Of a DNA stretch of 64,000 bases, positions 1 to 10,301 are shown piece by piece. The position numbers were made by a program, and so were the translations under genes. The DNA is from an uncultured Spirochaetota bacterium. GTDB lineage: Bacteria > Spirochaetota > UBA4802 > UBA5550. How positions within the stretch are numbered: position 1 is the stretch's first letter; each line of letters begins with the position of its first letter. Under the pieces are notes generated by a model, which had not been told where the DNA came from, made no database searches, and worked only from the letters and a program-made list of their open reading frames with translations. Location: positions 352,001 to 416,000 of the forward strand of contig CAWHAA010000005.1 of NCBI GenBank assembly GCA_963827275.1, read 5' to 3'.

Positions 1-1419
1 TGGAAGAGAGAGGGCGTCACGCCGCGCGGCATCGACCGCGAGGTGGTCGAGGTCATGCACCGCACCCACATGGGCGTGGACCAGGACTACCGGAGCCTCA
101 TGAAGCAGGGAACCCGCGCCGCGCTGGCGGACGGCTGGGGCGGCTCGATGCTCGCCACCGACCTCCAGGACATCATGTTCGGCACGCCGGTGCCGTCTAT
201 GCGGAAGTGAACCTCGGCGTGCTCAAGAAGGACGAGGTGAACATCATCGTGCACGGCCACGAGCCGCTCCTCTCCGAGATGATCGTGATCGCCTCGCGCG
301 ACCCGAAGATGCTCGAGATGGCCCGTTCACACGGCGCCAACGGCATCAACATCGCGGGCATCTGCTGCACGGCCAACGAGATACTGATGCGCCACGGCAT
401 CCCCATCGCCGGGAACTTCTTACAGCAGGAACTCGCCATCACCACCGGCGCGGTGGAGGCGATGGTGGTGGACGTCCAGTGCGTGATGCAGTCGCTCCAG
501 AGCGTTGCGGCCTGCTACCACACCAAGCTCATCACCACCAACCCGAAGGCGGACATCACCGGGTCAGTGCGCATGGAGTTCAACGAGCACGACGCGCTCA
601 ACTCGGCTAAGGCGATCGTCACCGCGGCCATCGAAAACTTACACGAACCGCTCGAGCGACGTGCTGATACCGAAGGCGAAGGCGCCCATGATCGCCGGCT
701 TCAGCCACGAGACCATCAACTACATGCTGGGCGGCACCTTCCGGGCGTCGTACCGGCCGCTGAACGACAACATCATCAACGGGCGGATCAGGGGGCTCGC
801 CGGCGTGGTGGGCTGCAACAACGCCCGCACCGCGCTCGACAGCAACACGCTGATACTGGTCAAGGAGCTGATCAAGAACGACGTGCTGGTCCTGACCACC
901 GGGTGCACGGCCATCGGCCTGGGGAAGGAGGGCCTGCTCACGCCGGAGGCGGCGCGCGAATTCGCCGGGCCCGGCCTCGCCGAGGTGTGCGAGACCGTGG
1001 GCATCCCGCCGGTCCTCCACATGGGCTCCTGCGTGGACAACAGCCGCATCCTGATCGCGGCCACGGCCGTGGTGAAGGACGGCGGCCTGGGCAGCGACAT
1101 CAGCGACCTGCCCGCCGCGGGCGCGGCGCCGGAGTGGATGAGCGAGAAGGCGATCTCCATCGGGCAGTACTTCGTGGCGTCGGGCATGTACACCGTATTC
1201 GGCGTCACCTGGCCCACGTCGGGCAGCAAAGAGCTCACGAAGCACCTGTTCGAGGACATGGAAAAGATATACGGCGGGCGGTGGGACTTTGCCATCGACC
1301 CGAAGGAGATGGCGCGCAAGATGATCGAGCATATCGACCGGAAGCGGAAAGAGCTGGGCATCGACAAGGCGCGCGAGCGTGTGCTGTTCGACATGGCTGA
1401 CAGGCGGGAGCTGGTGTAA
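1..1419 (+). CDS. cooS: Anaerobic carbon-monoxide dehydrogenase catalytic subunit (5'-truncated by window edge; apparent frameshifts near 200 and 640)
   Basis: Stitched frames give HRTHMGVDQD, ALADGWGGS, NIIVHGHEP, AGICCTANE, VDVQC, GVVGCNN, TTGC, PPVLHMGSCVDNSR and APEWMSEKAISIG, which are Ni-CODH C-cluster motifs. Confidence 0.95.
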
Positions 1420-1431
1420 GACAAACACATC

Positions 1432-1524
1432 ACCCCCGCACCCTTCTCTCCCCCCCCCGGCCCCCGCAGGGGGCGGTTGAAGCAGGAAGTATAACGTCCC
1501 CCCTCCGGGGGATTTAGGGGGCCT
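1432..1524. repeat. C/G-run palindromic REP-like intergenic element
   Basis: CCCCCGCAGGGGG hairpin and ACGTCCCCCCTCCGGGGGATTTAGGGGGCCT (1494-1524); a similar copy lies at 27170-27198. Confidence 0.5.
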
Positions 1525-1571
1525 GAGTGGAATAGATATGTTGAAGATAAAATGTTGTACGGAGGAACATT

Positions 1572-3777
1572 GTGTCGAAAATAATCGCATCTGCCGCGAT
1601 ACGCGGCGCATATAGCATCGTCGACCGCGCGGAAGCGGACGTAAAACGCGCCATCGACGCGTACGGCCCGAACAGGGAGGTCGCGTTCCCGAACACGGGC
1701 TACTACCTGCCCGTCATCTACGGCATCCTCGGCTACAAGGTGCAGAAGCTTGCCGACATGGAGCATGTCATCAGGGTGAGCAAAAACCTCCTGCCGCCGC
1801 CGGTAAAGGAGAGCCACCATCTCCCCTACCTCGGACCGATCCTCGACGCGGGAATGGCGACGTTTTTCGCGGAGGAGATGCATCGAGGCGATAAAGTATA
1901 TCGACAACCCCGCAGTGTACGTGCCGGGAGAAGACCCGCGCGAGGACAACATCTGGCTCGGCGCCGCTGACGACGTCATCATGCGGAAGCGGGGCGTGGA
2001 GTTCGTCGACGGCACTGCCCCGGGGTTCGCGGCCATGCTGGGCGCTCCCGGAGACCCGGCGGTCGCGGAGAAGATCGCGCTGGAGCTCCAGGAAAAGAAC
2101 CTCTACGTGTTCATGAGCGCCAACACCGGCGGGAAGACCATGTCCGAGCAGCTCGTCGAGCGCGGCGTGCAGATCGGCTGGCCCACGCGCCTTGTCCCCT
2201 TCGGGAAGGATGTGAGCGCCACGGTCTTTTCCATCGGGTTCGCCACGCGCGCGGCCATGTCCTTCGGCGGCATCGAGCCGGGCGACTACCGGAAGATCCT
2301 CATCTACAACAAGGACCGCGTCTTCGCCTTCGGCATCACCTTCGGGTTCGTGAGCGACGAGTGGTACGCCAACGGCGCCGGCTGCATCAACTACGGCTTC
2401 CCCATCATCACCGACACGCCGACCCCGCAGATACTTCCCACGGGCGTGTGCACCTACGAGCACGTGGTGTCAAACGTCCCGCACGAGAACATCGTCTCGA
2501 AGGCGGTCGAGGTCCGCGGCCTCAAGGTCACGGTGAGCAAGGTCCCGGTCCCGGTGGCGTACGGGCCGGCGTTCGAGGGCGAGCGGGTGCGCGGCGACGA
2601 CATCTTCCTCGAGGCGGGCGGCGGCCGCACACCGGCGGTGGAGCTGATCGTGTCAGCGGACATGAACGCGGTCACCGACGGGAAGATCGAGGTCGTCGGC
2701 CCCGAGATAACCGACGTGAAACCGGGGAGCCAGCTCCCCCTGGCCATCCTCGTGGAGGTGGCGGGGCGGCAGATGCAGTCGGACTTCGAGCCGATCCTCG
2801 AGCGCCAGATCCACCACCTTATCAACTACGCCCAGGGGATCATGCACATCGGCCAGCGCGACATCGCATGGCTGCGCGTGAGCAAGCAGGCGGTCGACAA
2901 GGGCTTCCGCATGGCGCACCTGGGGAGCATCCTCCACGCCAAGCTGCACCAGGACTTCGGGAAGATATTCGACAAGGCGCAGGTCACGATATATACGGAC
3001 GAGGCGAAGGTGAAGGAGGTCCTCGACAGGGCGCGCGCCCTCTACAAGCAGCGCGACGAGCGGATCGCCGGCATGACCGACGAGGACACGGACCCCTTCT
3101 ACTCCTGCCTGCTGTGCCAGTCCTTCGCGCCGAACCACGTGTGCGTGGTCACCCCCGAGCGGACCGGCCTGTGCGGCGCGTACAACTGGCTCGACTGCAA
3201 GGCCTCCTTCGAGATCAATCCCACCGGGCCGAACCAGCCGGTGCACAAGGGCGCAGTGCTCGACGCCCGGTACGGGCGGTGGAAGGGCGTGGACGACTTC
3301 GTGGCGAAGGCCTCGCGCGGCACGGTACAGACCGTTGACGCCTACAGCATCATGCGCAACCCGATGACCTCGTGCGGGTGCTTCGAATGCATCGCCGCGA
3401 TCCTTCCCCTGTGCAACGGCATCATGACCGTGGACCGCGACACTGCCGCGATGACGCCGTCGGGCATGAAGTTCACCACGCTCGCGGGCATGGTGGGCGG
3501 CGGCAACATCACCCCGGGCTTCGTGGGCCACAGCAAGTACTACATCACCAGCAAGAAATTTCTGAATGCGGAGGGCGGCATTAAAAGGCTCGTCTGGATG
3601 CCCAGGGCGCTGAAAGAACAGATACGGGAGCAATTCAACCAGCGCGCGGCCGAGATCGGCGTGCCCGATCTCCTGGACAGGATCGCCGACGAGACGATCG
3701 GCACCTCCGAGGAAGAGATACTCCCCTTCCTGACGGAAAAAGGGCACCCGGCGCTGACGATGGACCCGTTGTTTTAA
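1572..3777 (+). CDS. acsB: Acetyl-CoA synthase (CODH/ACS complex), apparent frameshift near 1880
   Basis: GGAGG RBS; N-terminal FPNTGYYLP; FYSCLLCQSFAPNHVC, PERTGLCGA and PMTSCGCFEC A-cluster motifs. Confidence 0.95.
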
Positions 3778-3787
3778 CGATACATAC

Positions 3788-3827
3788 CCGCGTGAAGGCG
3801 GGGTCACGTGACCCCGCCTTCACGCGG
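3788..3827. repeat. Perfect 40-bp palindrome between acsB and acsC
   Basis: CCGCGTGAAGGCGGGGTCAC is immediately followed by its exact reverse complement GTGACCCCGCCTTCACGCGG. Confidence 0.9.
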
Positions 3828-3855
3828 ACGAAATCATAATTCAGGAGACGCTACC

Positions 3856-5192
3856 ATGGGAATGACCGGCATCGAAATCTACAAACTCTTACCCCAGACA
3901 AACTGCGGCGATTGCGGCGTGCCGACCTGCCTTGCCTTCGCGATGAAGCTCGCGGCGGGACAGGCGGAGCTGGCGAAATGCCCGCACGTGTCCGATGCGT
4001 CAAAGGCCAAGCTTGATTCCGCGTCCGCGCCGCCGGTGCTGCCGGTCTCCATCGGCGCCTTCAAGACAGGCGGAGAGACGGTGCTCTTCCGGCACGAGAA
4101 GACCTTCGTGAACCCGACGGGGATTGCCGTGCTGGTCACCGACGCCATGAGCGATACTGACGTTGACCGGCGACTGAAGGCCTTCGCGGAGCTCCGCTAC
4201 GACAGGGTGGGCATGCTCCTCGCGGCCGACCTGGTCGCGGTCAAATCCACCAAAGGAGACGCGGCCGCGTTCGGCAAGCTCGTCGCAGAAGGTGGCCGGC
4301 GCGGTCGACGCGGGGCTGATCCTCATGAGCGAGAGCGCGGACGTGCTCGCCGCCGGCCTCCCGCATGCCGCGGGGAAAAAGCCGCTCCTCTACGCGGCGA
4401 CGAAAGCGAACGCCGACGCGGTGGCGAAGCTCGCCCTTGACAACAAGTGCCCCGTGGCGGTGAAGGGAGCGGACCTGGACGAGGTGATCGAGCTCACCCA
4501 GAAGCTGGCAGGCATGGGAATAAAAGAGATCGTGATCGATTCGGGCTCGCGCTCGTTAAAGAAGGCCTTCGCAGGACCAGGTCGCCATCAGGAGGGCGGC
4601 GATCAAGAGCGCCTTCCGGCCCCTGGGCTACCCGACCATCGCGTTCCCGTGCGAGATGGCGAACAACTTCATGGAGGAGACCCTGATCGCGTCCGCCTTC
4701 GTCGCCAAGTATGCGGGGATCGTCGTCCTCTCGGACCTGCGCGGCGAGGGGCTCTTCCCGCTCCTCGTGCAGCGGATGAACATCTTCACCGACCCCCAGC
4801 GCCCCATGGCCACCGAGCAGGGGATCTACCCGATCAACAACCCGGACGAAAACTCGCCGGTCATGGTAACCACGAACTTTTCCCTCACCTACTTCATCGT
4901 GTCGGGCGAGATCGAGGGAAGCCGCGTCCCCGCGTGGCTCCTGGTCATGGACTGCGAGGGGCTTTCGGTGCTCACCGCGTGGGCGGCGGGCAAATTCGTG
5001 GGCGACGCCATCGGCGCCTTTGTGAAAAAATCCGGCATCACCGAGAAAGTGAAGCACCGCTCGATCGTGATCCCCGGGTATTCCGCGGCCATCAGCGGCG
5101 ACCTTGAAGAGCAGCTGCCGGACTGGAAGATAACCATCGGCCCGAGGGAAGCGGCTCATATCCCGGCATTCCTGAAGCAATACCAGGCGTAA
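3856..5192 (+). CDS. acsC: Corrinoid iron-sulfur protein large subunit, apparent frameshifts near 4290 and 4570
   Basis: LPQTNCGDCGVPTCLAFA [4Fe-4S] motif, GGETVLFRHEKTF, NIFTDPQRP, TTNFSLTYF, GLSVLTAWAAGKF, GPREA. Confidence 0.93.
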
Positions 5193-5234
5193 CTTCCCGG
5201 CATTGCATATCATCGCGACGAATCGCGGGGTGAC

Positions 5235-6212
5235 ATGAAACAGATGCTCCCATCAGTATGCGGCTTGATCATCTTCATCACAACCGTATCATCCCCCGCT
5301 CCCGCTTTTGAAAGCGCCGGTCCCGGCACGCCGGTCCCGGAACAAACAGGCGAAGCGGCTTCCGATGGGACCGGCTGGCTCCCGGGGACACGCCTCTTCC
5401 CGTCATTCATAGCGGACCCCCGCAGGGTCGCCTTTTCCGGCGGTATCCGCTACCACGATGACGCATTCAACCGGTTCCGGACGCGATACGGCACCGACAG
5501 CCAGGTGCTTGGAAAAAACAGGACCTTCGGCGCGGTCTCGCTCGGGTCGCGCCTGCCGATCTATCGCTGGGACGTGAAAAAAGGGGAGCTGCAATTCGAA
5601 ATCGAGGGGAGCGTATGGGCGCTCTTCGCGTTCAAGCACGCGAGCGGATGGCTCGGCGACGCATCGACACTGTTGAATGCCGATTACTACTTCGCGTTTC
5701 CAACCACCTACGTGTATAAAAACTTCGCGATCCAGTTCCGGCCATGGCACCTGTCATCGCACCTGGGTGATGAATTTATCATACTGTATCCTGAAATAGC
5801 CCGGAGAAACGTGAGCAACGAGGGGATCGACATATATGCATCATATTATATCATCCCCCAGGTGCGGATCTACGGGGGCATCGGCTGCATCTATCACTCC
5901 TTCAAGGGGGCAAAGTTCGATCCTTTCTACATGGAATACGGTGTCGAGATAAGGCCGTTTGGACCGATACGCATCGCCCGCGCATTCATCTTCCAGCCCT
6001 TTGTGACCGCCCACATGAGGAACACCCAGAACAACCGTTTCGCGATTAATGGCAATTACGCGATCGGCATTGAACTGGCCGCTCGCCGCGGCGACTACCG
6101 GCCGAAGATGCAGCTCTTTTTTTCTTTCCATCACGGACCGTCGCTTGACGGCCAGTTCTATCACGCCAAGACGAGCTATTACAGCCTCACCCTCACCTTC
6201 GAGCTGATATGA
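5235..6212 (+). CDS. Exported/outer-membrane protein, DUF1207-like
   Basis: Signal peptide; LFPSFIADPRR and WHLSSHLGDEF motifs; aromatic beta-strand pattern. Confidence 0.6.
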   Translation: MKQMLPSVCGLIIFITTVSSPAPAFESAGPGTPVPEQTGEAASDGTGWLPGTRLFPSFIADPRRVAFSGGIRYHDDAFNRFRTRYGTDSQVLGKNRTFGAVSLGSRLPIYRWDVKKGELQFEIEGSVWALFAFKHASGWLGDASTLLNADYYFAFPTTYVYKNFAIQFRPWHLSSHLGDEFIILYPEIARRNVSNEGIDIYASYYIIPQVRIYGGIGCIYHSFKGAKFDPFYMEYGVEIRPFGPIRIARAFIFQPFVTAHMRNTQNNRFAINGNYAIGIELAARRGDYRPKMQLFFSFHHGPSLDGQFYHAKTSYYSLTLTFELI

Positions 6213-6225
6213 GGCGGTCCCGGGC

Positions 6226-6783
6226 GTGAAGCACACACCGGCGATAACCAGTGCGCTCCTCCTCTGCTTGATTGCCGCGCACGTGTCAGCAGCCGGGGAA
6301 AAAGCCCCGCAATGGGAAAAAGGCATGGCCGGCATCGCGACCAGCGGCATCGCGGTCGGCGCCCAGATCGAATACCGCTTCATCAGGCAGCTTGGCGTGA
6401 GGGCCATGGGCGTATATGTGTACGGCACCGGGAAAAAGCACGGGCCCATCGTATCAAAAGGGGAGGATCTCTTCTCGGCAATAGCGACGCCGGTCGTCTA
6501 TATCCCCACGCCCGTCGGGTTCATAGAACCGGTCCTGTTCTTCGGGCTCGCGTATTCACACTATCGATGGGGATCATCATATTTCAACATCCGGGGCACT
6601 ATCAATGATGTGACGTTCGGCGGCGGCGCAGGGATCGGTTTCATCGTTGCACCATTCTGCCGGATCGGGGTCAATTGCTGGATAAACTGTGACTACCGGA
6701 TAAAGCGGGAATACGGGATCAAGAAGAAGGGTAACCGGCTGGCGCTGCCGATGCCGTTTCTCGATGTCAGCTTTTTGTTTTGA
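6226..6783 (+). CDS. Hypothetical small outer-membrane beta-barrel protein
   Basis: Signal peptide ending VSA, Gly/aromatic alternating strands, C-terminal Phe. Confidence 0.5.
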   Translation: MKHTPAITSALLLCLIAAHVSAAGEKAPQWEKGMAGIATSGIAVGAQIEYRFIRQLGVRAMGVYVYGTGKKHGPIVSKGEDLFSAIATPVVYIPTPVGFIEPVLFFGLAYSHYRWGSSYFNIRGTINDVTFGGGAGIGFIVAPFCRIGVNCWINCDYRIKREYGIKKKGNRLALPMPFLDVSFLF

Positions 6784-6792
6784 CCTGGGGAT

Positions 6793-6961
6793 GTTACTCT
6801 GACCCCGGGTTTTCCGGGGTTTTCACCGATAGTTATCGGTAGCCCGGTTACTCTGACCCCGTATTGCACCGATAGTTATCGGTAACTCCGGCCTCACGGT
6901 TTGACATATGCCACATGATGTACCGATAACTATCTCCATGGTGCCTGTTTGCTCTGACCCC
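6793..6961. repeat. Cluster of short repeats (CTCTGACCCC x3; ACCGATAGTTATCGGT palindrome x2 plus an inverted partial copy)
   Basis: GTTACTCTGACCCCG at 6793 and 6847; GCTCTGACCCC at 6951; CACCGATAGTTATCGGTA at 6824 and 6867; TACCGATAACTATC at 6921. Confidence 0.8.
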
Positions 6962-7051
6962 CTCACTGTTACACCGAAAAAAGCATTGACGACAAACATT
7001 GATTGCAGAAACTGATTGAAACTGACAAAATAACAACAATCGTACACCAAC

Positions 7052-7603
7052 ATGAAAATCCTGATACTCAACGGTAACCCTCATAGAGACAACAGGGAAT
7101 TTGACCGCTATATCGACTCCCTTTCCAGGGAACTAACAGTCCGGGGCCATAGCACGCAAACCATGGTACTGCGCGACATGGAGATCCGCCACTGCACCGG
7201 GTGCTGGTCATGCTGGTGGAAAACGCCCGGCGTGTGCATGCATCGTGACGACATGCCCTCCGTGTACAGAGGCATCCTTACCGCCGATCTGCTCATCCTG
7301 GCATCGCCGGTGGTTATGGGTTTTATGAGCGCCCTGCTCAAACGCGCCAACGAACGCTTAATCCCCCTCCTGCATCCCTACTTTGCCATGAGGGAGGGCG
7401 AATGGCACCACCGGGGACGGTATGAACGCTACCCCGCGTTAGGCGTTCTCCTGGGACGGGGCAAGGACACCGATGACGAAGACATCGCCATAATAACCGA
7501 CATCTACAGGAGACAGGCGGTGAATTTCCTGACCACCCTCAGTCATGCCTTCACCACAGACCGGCCCATAAAGGAGGCGTGCGATGCGATTGGCGCTCTA
7601 TAA
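7052..7603 (+). CDS. Flavodoxin-fold iron-sulfur flavoprotein / NADPH-dependent FMN reductase family
   Basis: MKILILNGNP, CTGCWSCW...C, DDM, LASPV. Confidence 0.8.
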   Translation: MKILILNGNPHRDNREFDRYIDSLSRELTVRGHSTQTMVLRDMEIRHCTGCWSCWWKTPGVCMHRDDMPSVYRGILTADLLILASPVVMGFMSALLKRANERLIPLLHPYFAMREGEWHHRGRYERYPALGVLLGRGKDTDDEDIAIITDIYRRQAVNFLTTLSHAFTTDRPIKEACDAIGAL

Positions 7604-8273
7604 TGGCTCCCCCCGCGGGAAAAACGGGAATACCGCCATCCTCCTTGGACAATTTACCGCCGGATTTTTGGCTGCCAGTGACAACACCTGCGACTTGATG
7701 TACCTTGCCCGGGTACACCAGCATGGCGATTTTGCGAAAAAGTTCTTCAATGCACAGGCGGTCATTATAGCGTTTCCCCTGTATGGGGATTCCATGCCGG
7801 CCATCGTCAAAGACTTTATCGAGACCCTCGGGACGACAATGCAGTCGGACAAAACCAGGAAGACATCAACACTCCCTGCCCTCGGTTTTATCGTACAGTC
7901 CGGGTTTCCGGAAGCCATACAGTCGAGGTACGTTGAGAGATACTGCGAAAAACTGGCGCGGCGGCTCGGAGCCCACTATATCGGGACGGTGATACGGGGC
8001 GGCGTTGAAGGCATCCAGGCCAGGCCCCCGTTCCTGAACCGGAGGCTCCTGGTCGCTTTCAGGAACCTGGGCAGGCACTTCGGTGTAACAAAAGAGTTTC
8101 ATCCGATCATGAAAAGGAAGCTCGCGGGAAGGGAAAAAATGTCCGCCGCGGGCAGATTCATGTTCCGTATCCTGATGGCAACCGGCCTGGCGAATATATA
8201 CTGGAACATGAACCTGAAAAAGCACGGCGCGTATGGCAGGCGGTTCGACAGGCCGTATGATCCGGCGCCATGA
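7584..8273 (+). CDS. Flavodoxin-fold protein (NAD(P)H-dependent oxidoreductase family)
   Basis: NGSPRGKNGNT, FPLYGDSMP, QSGFPE; overlaps the previous gene. Confidence 0.75.
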   Translation: MRLALYNGSPRGKNGNTAILLGQFTAGFLAASDNTCDLMYLARVHQHGDFAKKFFNAQAVIIAFPLYGDSMPAIVKDFIETLGTTMQSDKTRKTSTLPALGFIVQSGFPEAIQSRYVERYCEKLARRLGAHYIGTVIRGGVEGIQARPPFLNRRLLVAFRNLGRHFGVTKEFHPIMKRKLAGREKMSAAGRFMFRILMATGLANIYWNMNLKKHGAYGRRFDRPYDPAP

Positions 8274-8320
8274 AAAGAATTCAACCTGACCGCCCGGCAC
8301 CGGGACGGGACCCTGAATTT

Positions 8321-9220
8321 TTAATCCACATTGACAGGCGGGTGCCCCGGTGTGATCTCCGGCACGTGATCTTTACGGGCCTGCCCCGCCGTTAAAAATT
8401 TCCCGACGAGAAGGATATGCATCGATTCCGGCAGGCTCTTGTAATCCACTTCTTTTATAAACGTCCCGACAGTGCTCTTGATCACCCTCTGCTTGCCCGG
8501 GTCCCCGGCATTATTCACAATAGCGACCGGCGTATCGGCAGGATAATAACGCCTGAGCTGTGAAAAAAAGCGGGGGTAATCCAGCAGCATGGTGTACACG
8601 ACAAGACTGCTTTTAGCAGCCATGAGTATCTCATTTCTGTCGGCCCTTCCCTTCCAGTCGTCCATGGTAAGTATAACAGCGCTTGTGTCATATCCGAATG
8701 TCGGGCTCATCTTGACCGCGGCGCTGGCTGCCTGGAACGAACCGATCCCGGGCACGACCTCGGTGGGAATATCCTCCGGAAGCATCTCGAGCATAAACGT
8801 AAGGCCGAACACCATGGGGTCGCCGCACTGGAGGTCGGCCACTATCTTCCCCTGCCGGATCGCCGAGATGATGCGTTCGGCCAACTGCTTTCTTGCCCTG
8901 GTCCCTCTTTCGGCCTTAACACGCAGTTCAGGATCCTTTAGAAGCGCAGGATCAACGCCATACATGATGCGCAGGCTGATCGTGCGGGTCCAGACCTCCT
9001 TGTCACTGATATATTCTCCCCACAGACGACGTTCATGATCCGTTTCGACCAGAACGATGTCAGCTTTTTTAATAACGTTGATGGCCCTGACGGTAACCAG
9101 GTCCGGTGCGGTCCCCATACCGACGATATAAAATTTCCCCGGACCAGTTTTGACTGATGCAGTCGCAGCACCGTATGTGCCGCAAATAATGATAATAAAT
9201 ATTTTCAATAGAATTCGCAT
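8321..9220 (-). CDS. SAM-dependent tetrapyrrole methylase (CobM/CbiF-like) with N-terminal signal-like segment
   Basis: FYIVGMGTAPDLVTVRA, LQCGDPMVFG, EVVPGIGSFQAASA, YPADTPVAIV. Confidence 0.8.
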   Translation of the reverse strand: MRILLKIFIIIICGTYGAATASVKTGPGKFYIVGMGTAPDLVTVRAINVIKKADIVLVETDHERRLWGEYISDKEVWTRTISLRIMYGVDPALLKDPELRVKAERGTRARKQLAERIISAIRQGKIVADLQCGDPMVFGLTFMLEMLPEDIPTEVVPGIGSFQAASAAVKMSPTFGYDTSAVILTMDDWKGRADRNEILMAAKSSLVVYTMLLDYPRFFSQLRRYYPADTPVAIVNNAGDPGKQRVIKSTVGTFIKEVDYKSLPESMHILLVGKFLTAGQARKDHVPEITPGHPPVNVD

Positions 9221-9279
9221 AGCAACTCCTTTTCCATACGACAGACCCCCGCAGTCAACGGCCCGGAAAAATCGTGAAT

Positions 9280-9639
9280 TTATTCATGCACATCATAGGG
9301 CGTGGAATTCCAGGGAAATATTGTTTTTGATTCTTTTAAAGCATAGTCCTCAATTTTTCTATACCAGGAGATATACTTCTCATGAAGTTCTTTTCCCACG
9401 TCAGACAACTGGTAGCCGCCCTGGGTCTTTTCCAGCAATCTATGACCGAGCACTTCTTCGGTCTTTTTTATCCTGCCCCACGCGGCACGATATGATATGC
9501 CCATTTTTTTCGCGGCGTTCTGAAGTGACCCGTATTTTTCGATATTTTCGATCAGCTTGGCCCTTCCCGGGCCCAGGATCATGCCACGGTCCGATTCAAT
9601 CCACACATGGATCCGGATTACGGCTTTTATGTCATTCAT
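9280..9639 (-). CDS. ModE-type winged-helix transcriptional regulator (DNA-binding domain only)
   Basis: LGPGRAKLIENIEKYGSLQNAAKKMGISYRAAW...GGYQLS; no TOBE domains. Confidence 0.85.
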   Translation of the reverse strand: MNDIKAVIRIHVWIESDRGMILGPGRAKLIENIEKYGSLQNAAKKMGISYRAAWGRIKKTEEVLGHRLLEKTQGGYQLSDVGKELHEKYISWYRKIEDYALKESKTIFPWNSTPYDVHE

Positions 9640-9675
9640 GCCATTCCCCTGAACGATGTAATAAATATCCCTGTC

Positions 9676-10284
9676 TCATACATTGACATAAGGATCTTCG
9701 CCTTTGCACGCGGGGCAGAGCGGTCCGTCCTTTATTTTAAAGGCCTCGCCGCACGATGTACAGTTCGCTATGCGGCTGCCATGCGCGTGACCGGCCAGCA
9801 ATTCGGGCTTCATTTTTATTTTTTTCATGCTGCACAGTCCCGCGCCCGCTTCTTTTATCTGCGAGAGGAGAAGCTGGTAATCCTGCTCCTTCTTCTTTTT
9901 AAGCTTGTAGAACCAGCCCTTGACCTCGGGCCACTTCTCGATTTTCGCGGGATCGATGAAGACCCTGATCCCCTCCCCGCTGCTTTTGTCATACAGGGCG
10001 ATCGCGTACCTGCTGAAATTGAAGATCTTCAGCCATCCGTTGCCTATGGTGCAGGGGGTCAGGAGCTGCAACGCATCCGGGAGGCAGGTCCTTGTTTCAG
10101 AGATCGCGTCGAAGAATTCCCCTTCGGGGAGGTTCTTCAATGCAAGGTCCACCATGAAGCCGCCGATCAGCAGACCGGGCGCCACGCTTCCGTGAAATTC
10201 TTTCAAAATACGGGCAAACTCTTCCAGGCCGTATGAATCCATCTTGTTGTCATAGGTCAGCCTTCTGATACGTATGTCTTCCAT
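9676..10284 (-). CDS. FmdE-family protein with C-terminal zinc ribbon
   Basis: FHGSVAPGLLIGG, ETRTCLPDALQLLTPCTIGNG, CTSCGE...CPAC. Confidence 0.85.
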   Translation of the reverse strand: MEDIRIRRLTYDNKMDSYGLEEFARILKEFHGSVAPGLLIGGFMVDLALKNLPEGEFFDAISETRTCLPDALQLLTPCTIGNGWLKIFNFSRYAIALYDKSSGEGIRVFIDPAKIEKWPEVKGWFYKLKKKKEQDYQLLLSQIKEAGAGLCSMKKIKMKPELLAGHAHGSRIANCTSCGEAFKIKDGPLCPACKGEDPYVNV

Positions 10285-10301
10285 GTTACTTCTCCATAGT
10301 A

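Noticed and set aside
6793..6961. Possible CRISPR array
   Set aside because: Only 2-3 short units of two different motifs with irregular short spacing, and no cas genes
9272..9289. Rex-like site TCGTGAATTTATTCATGC
   Set aside because: Several mismatches to TTGTGAA-N4-TTCACAA, overlaps a stop codon, and has no convincing second copy
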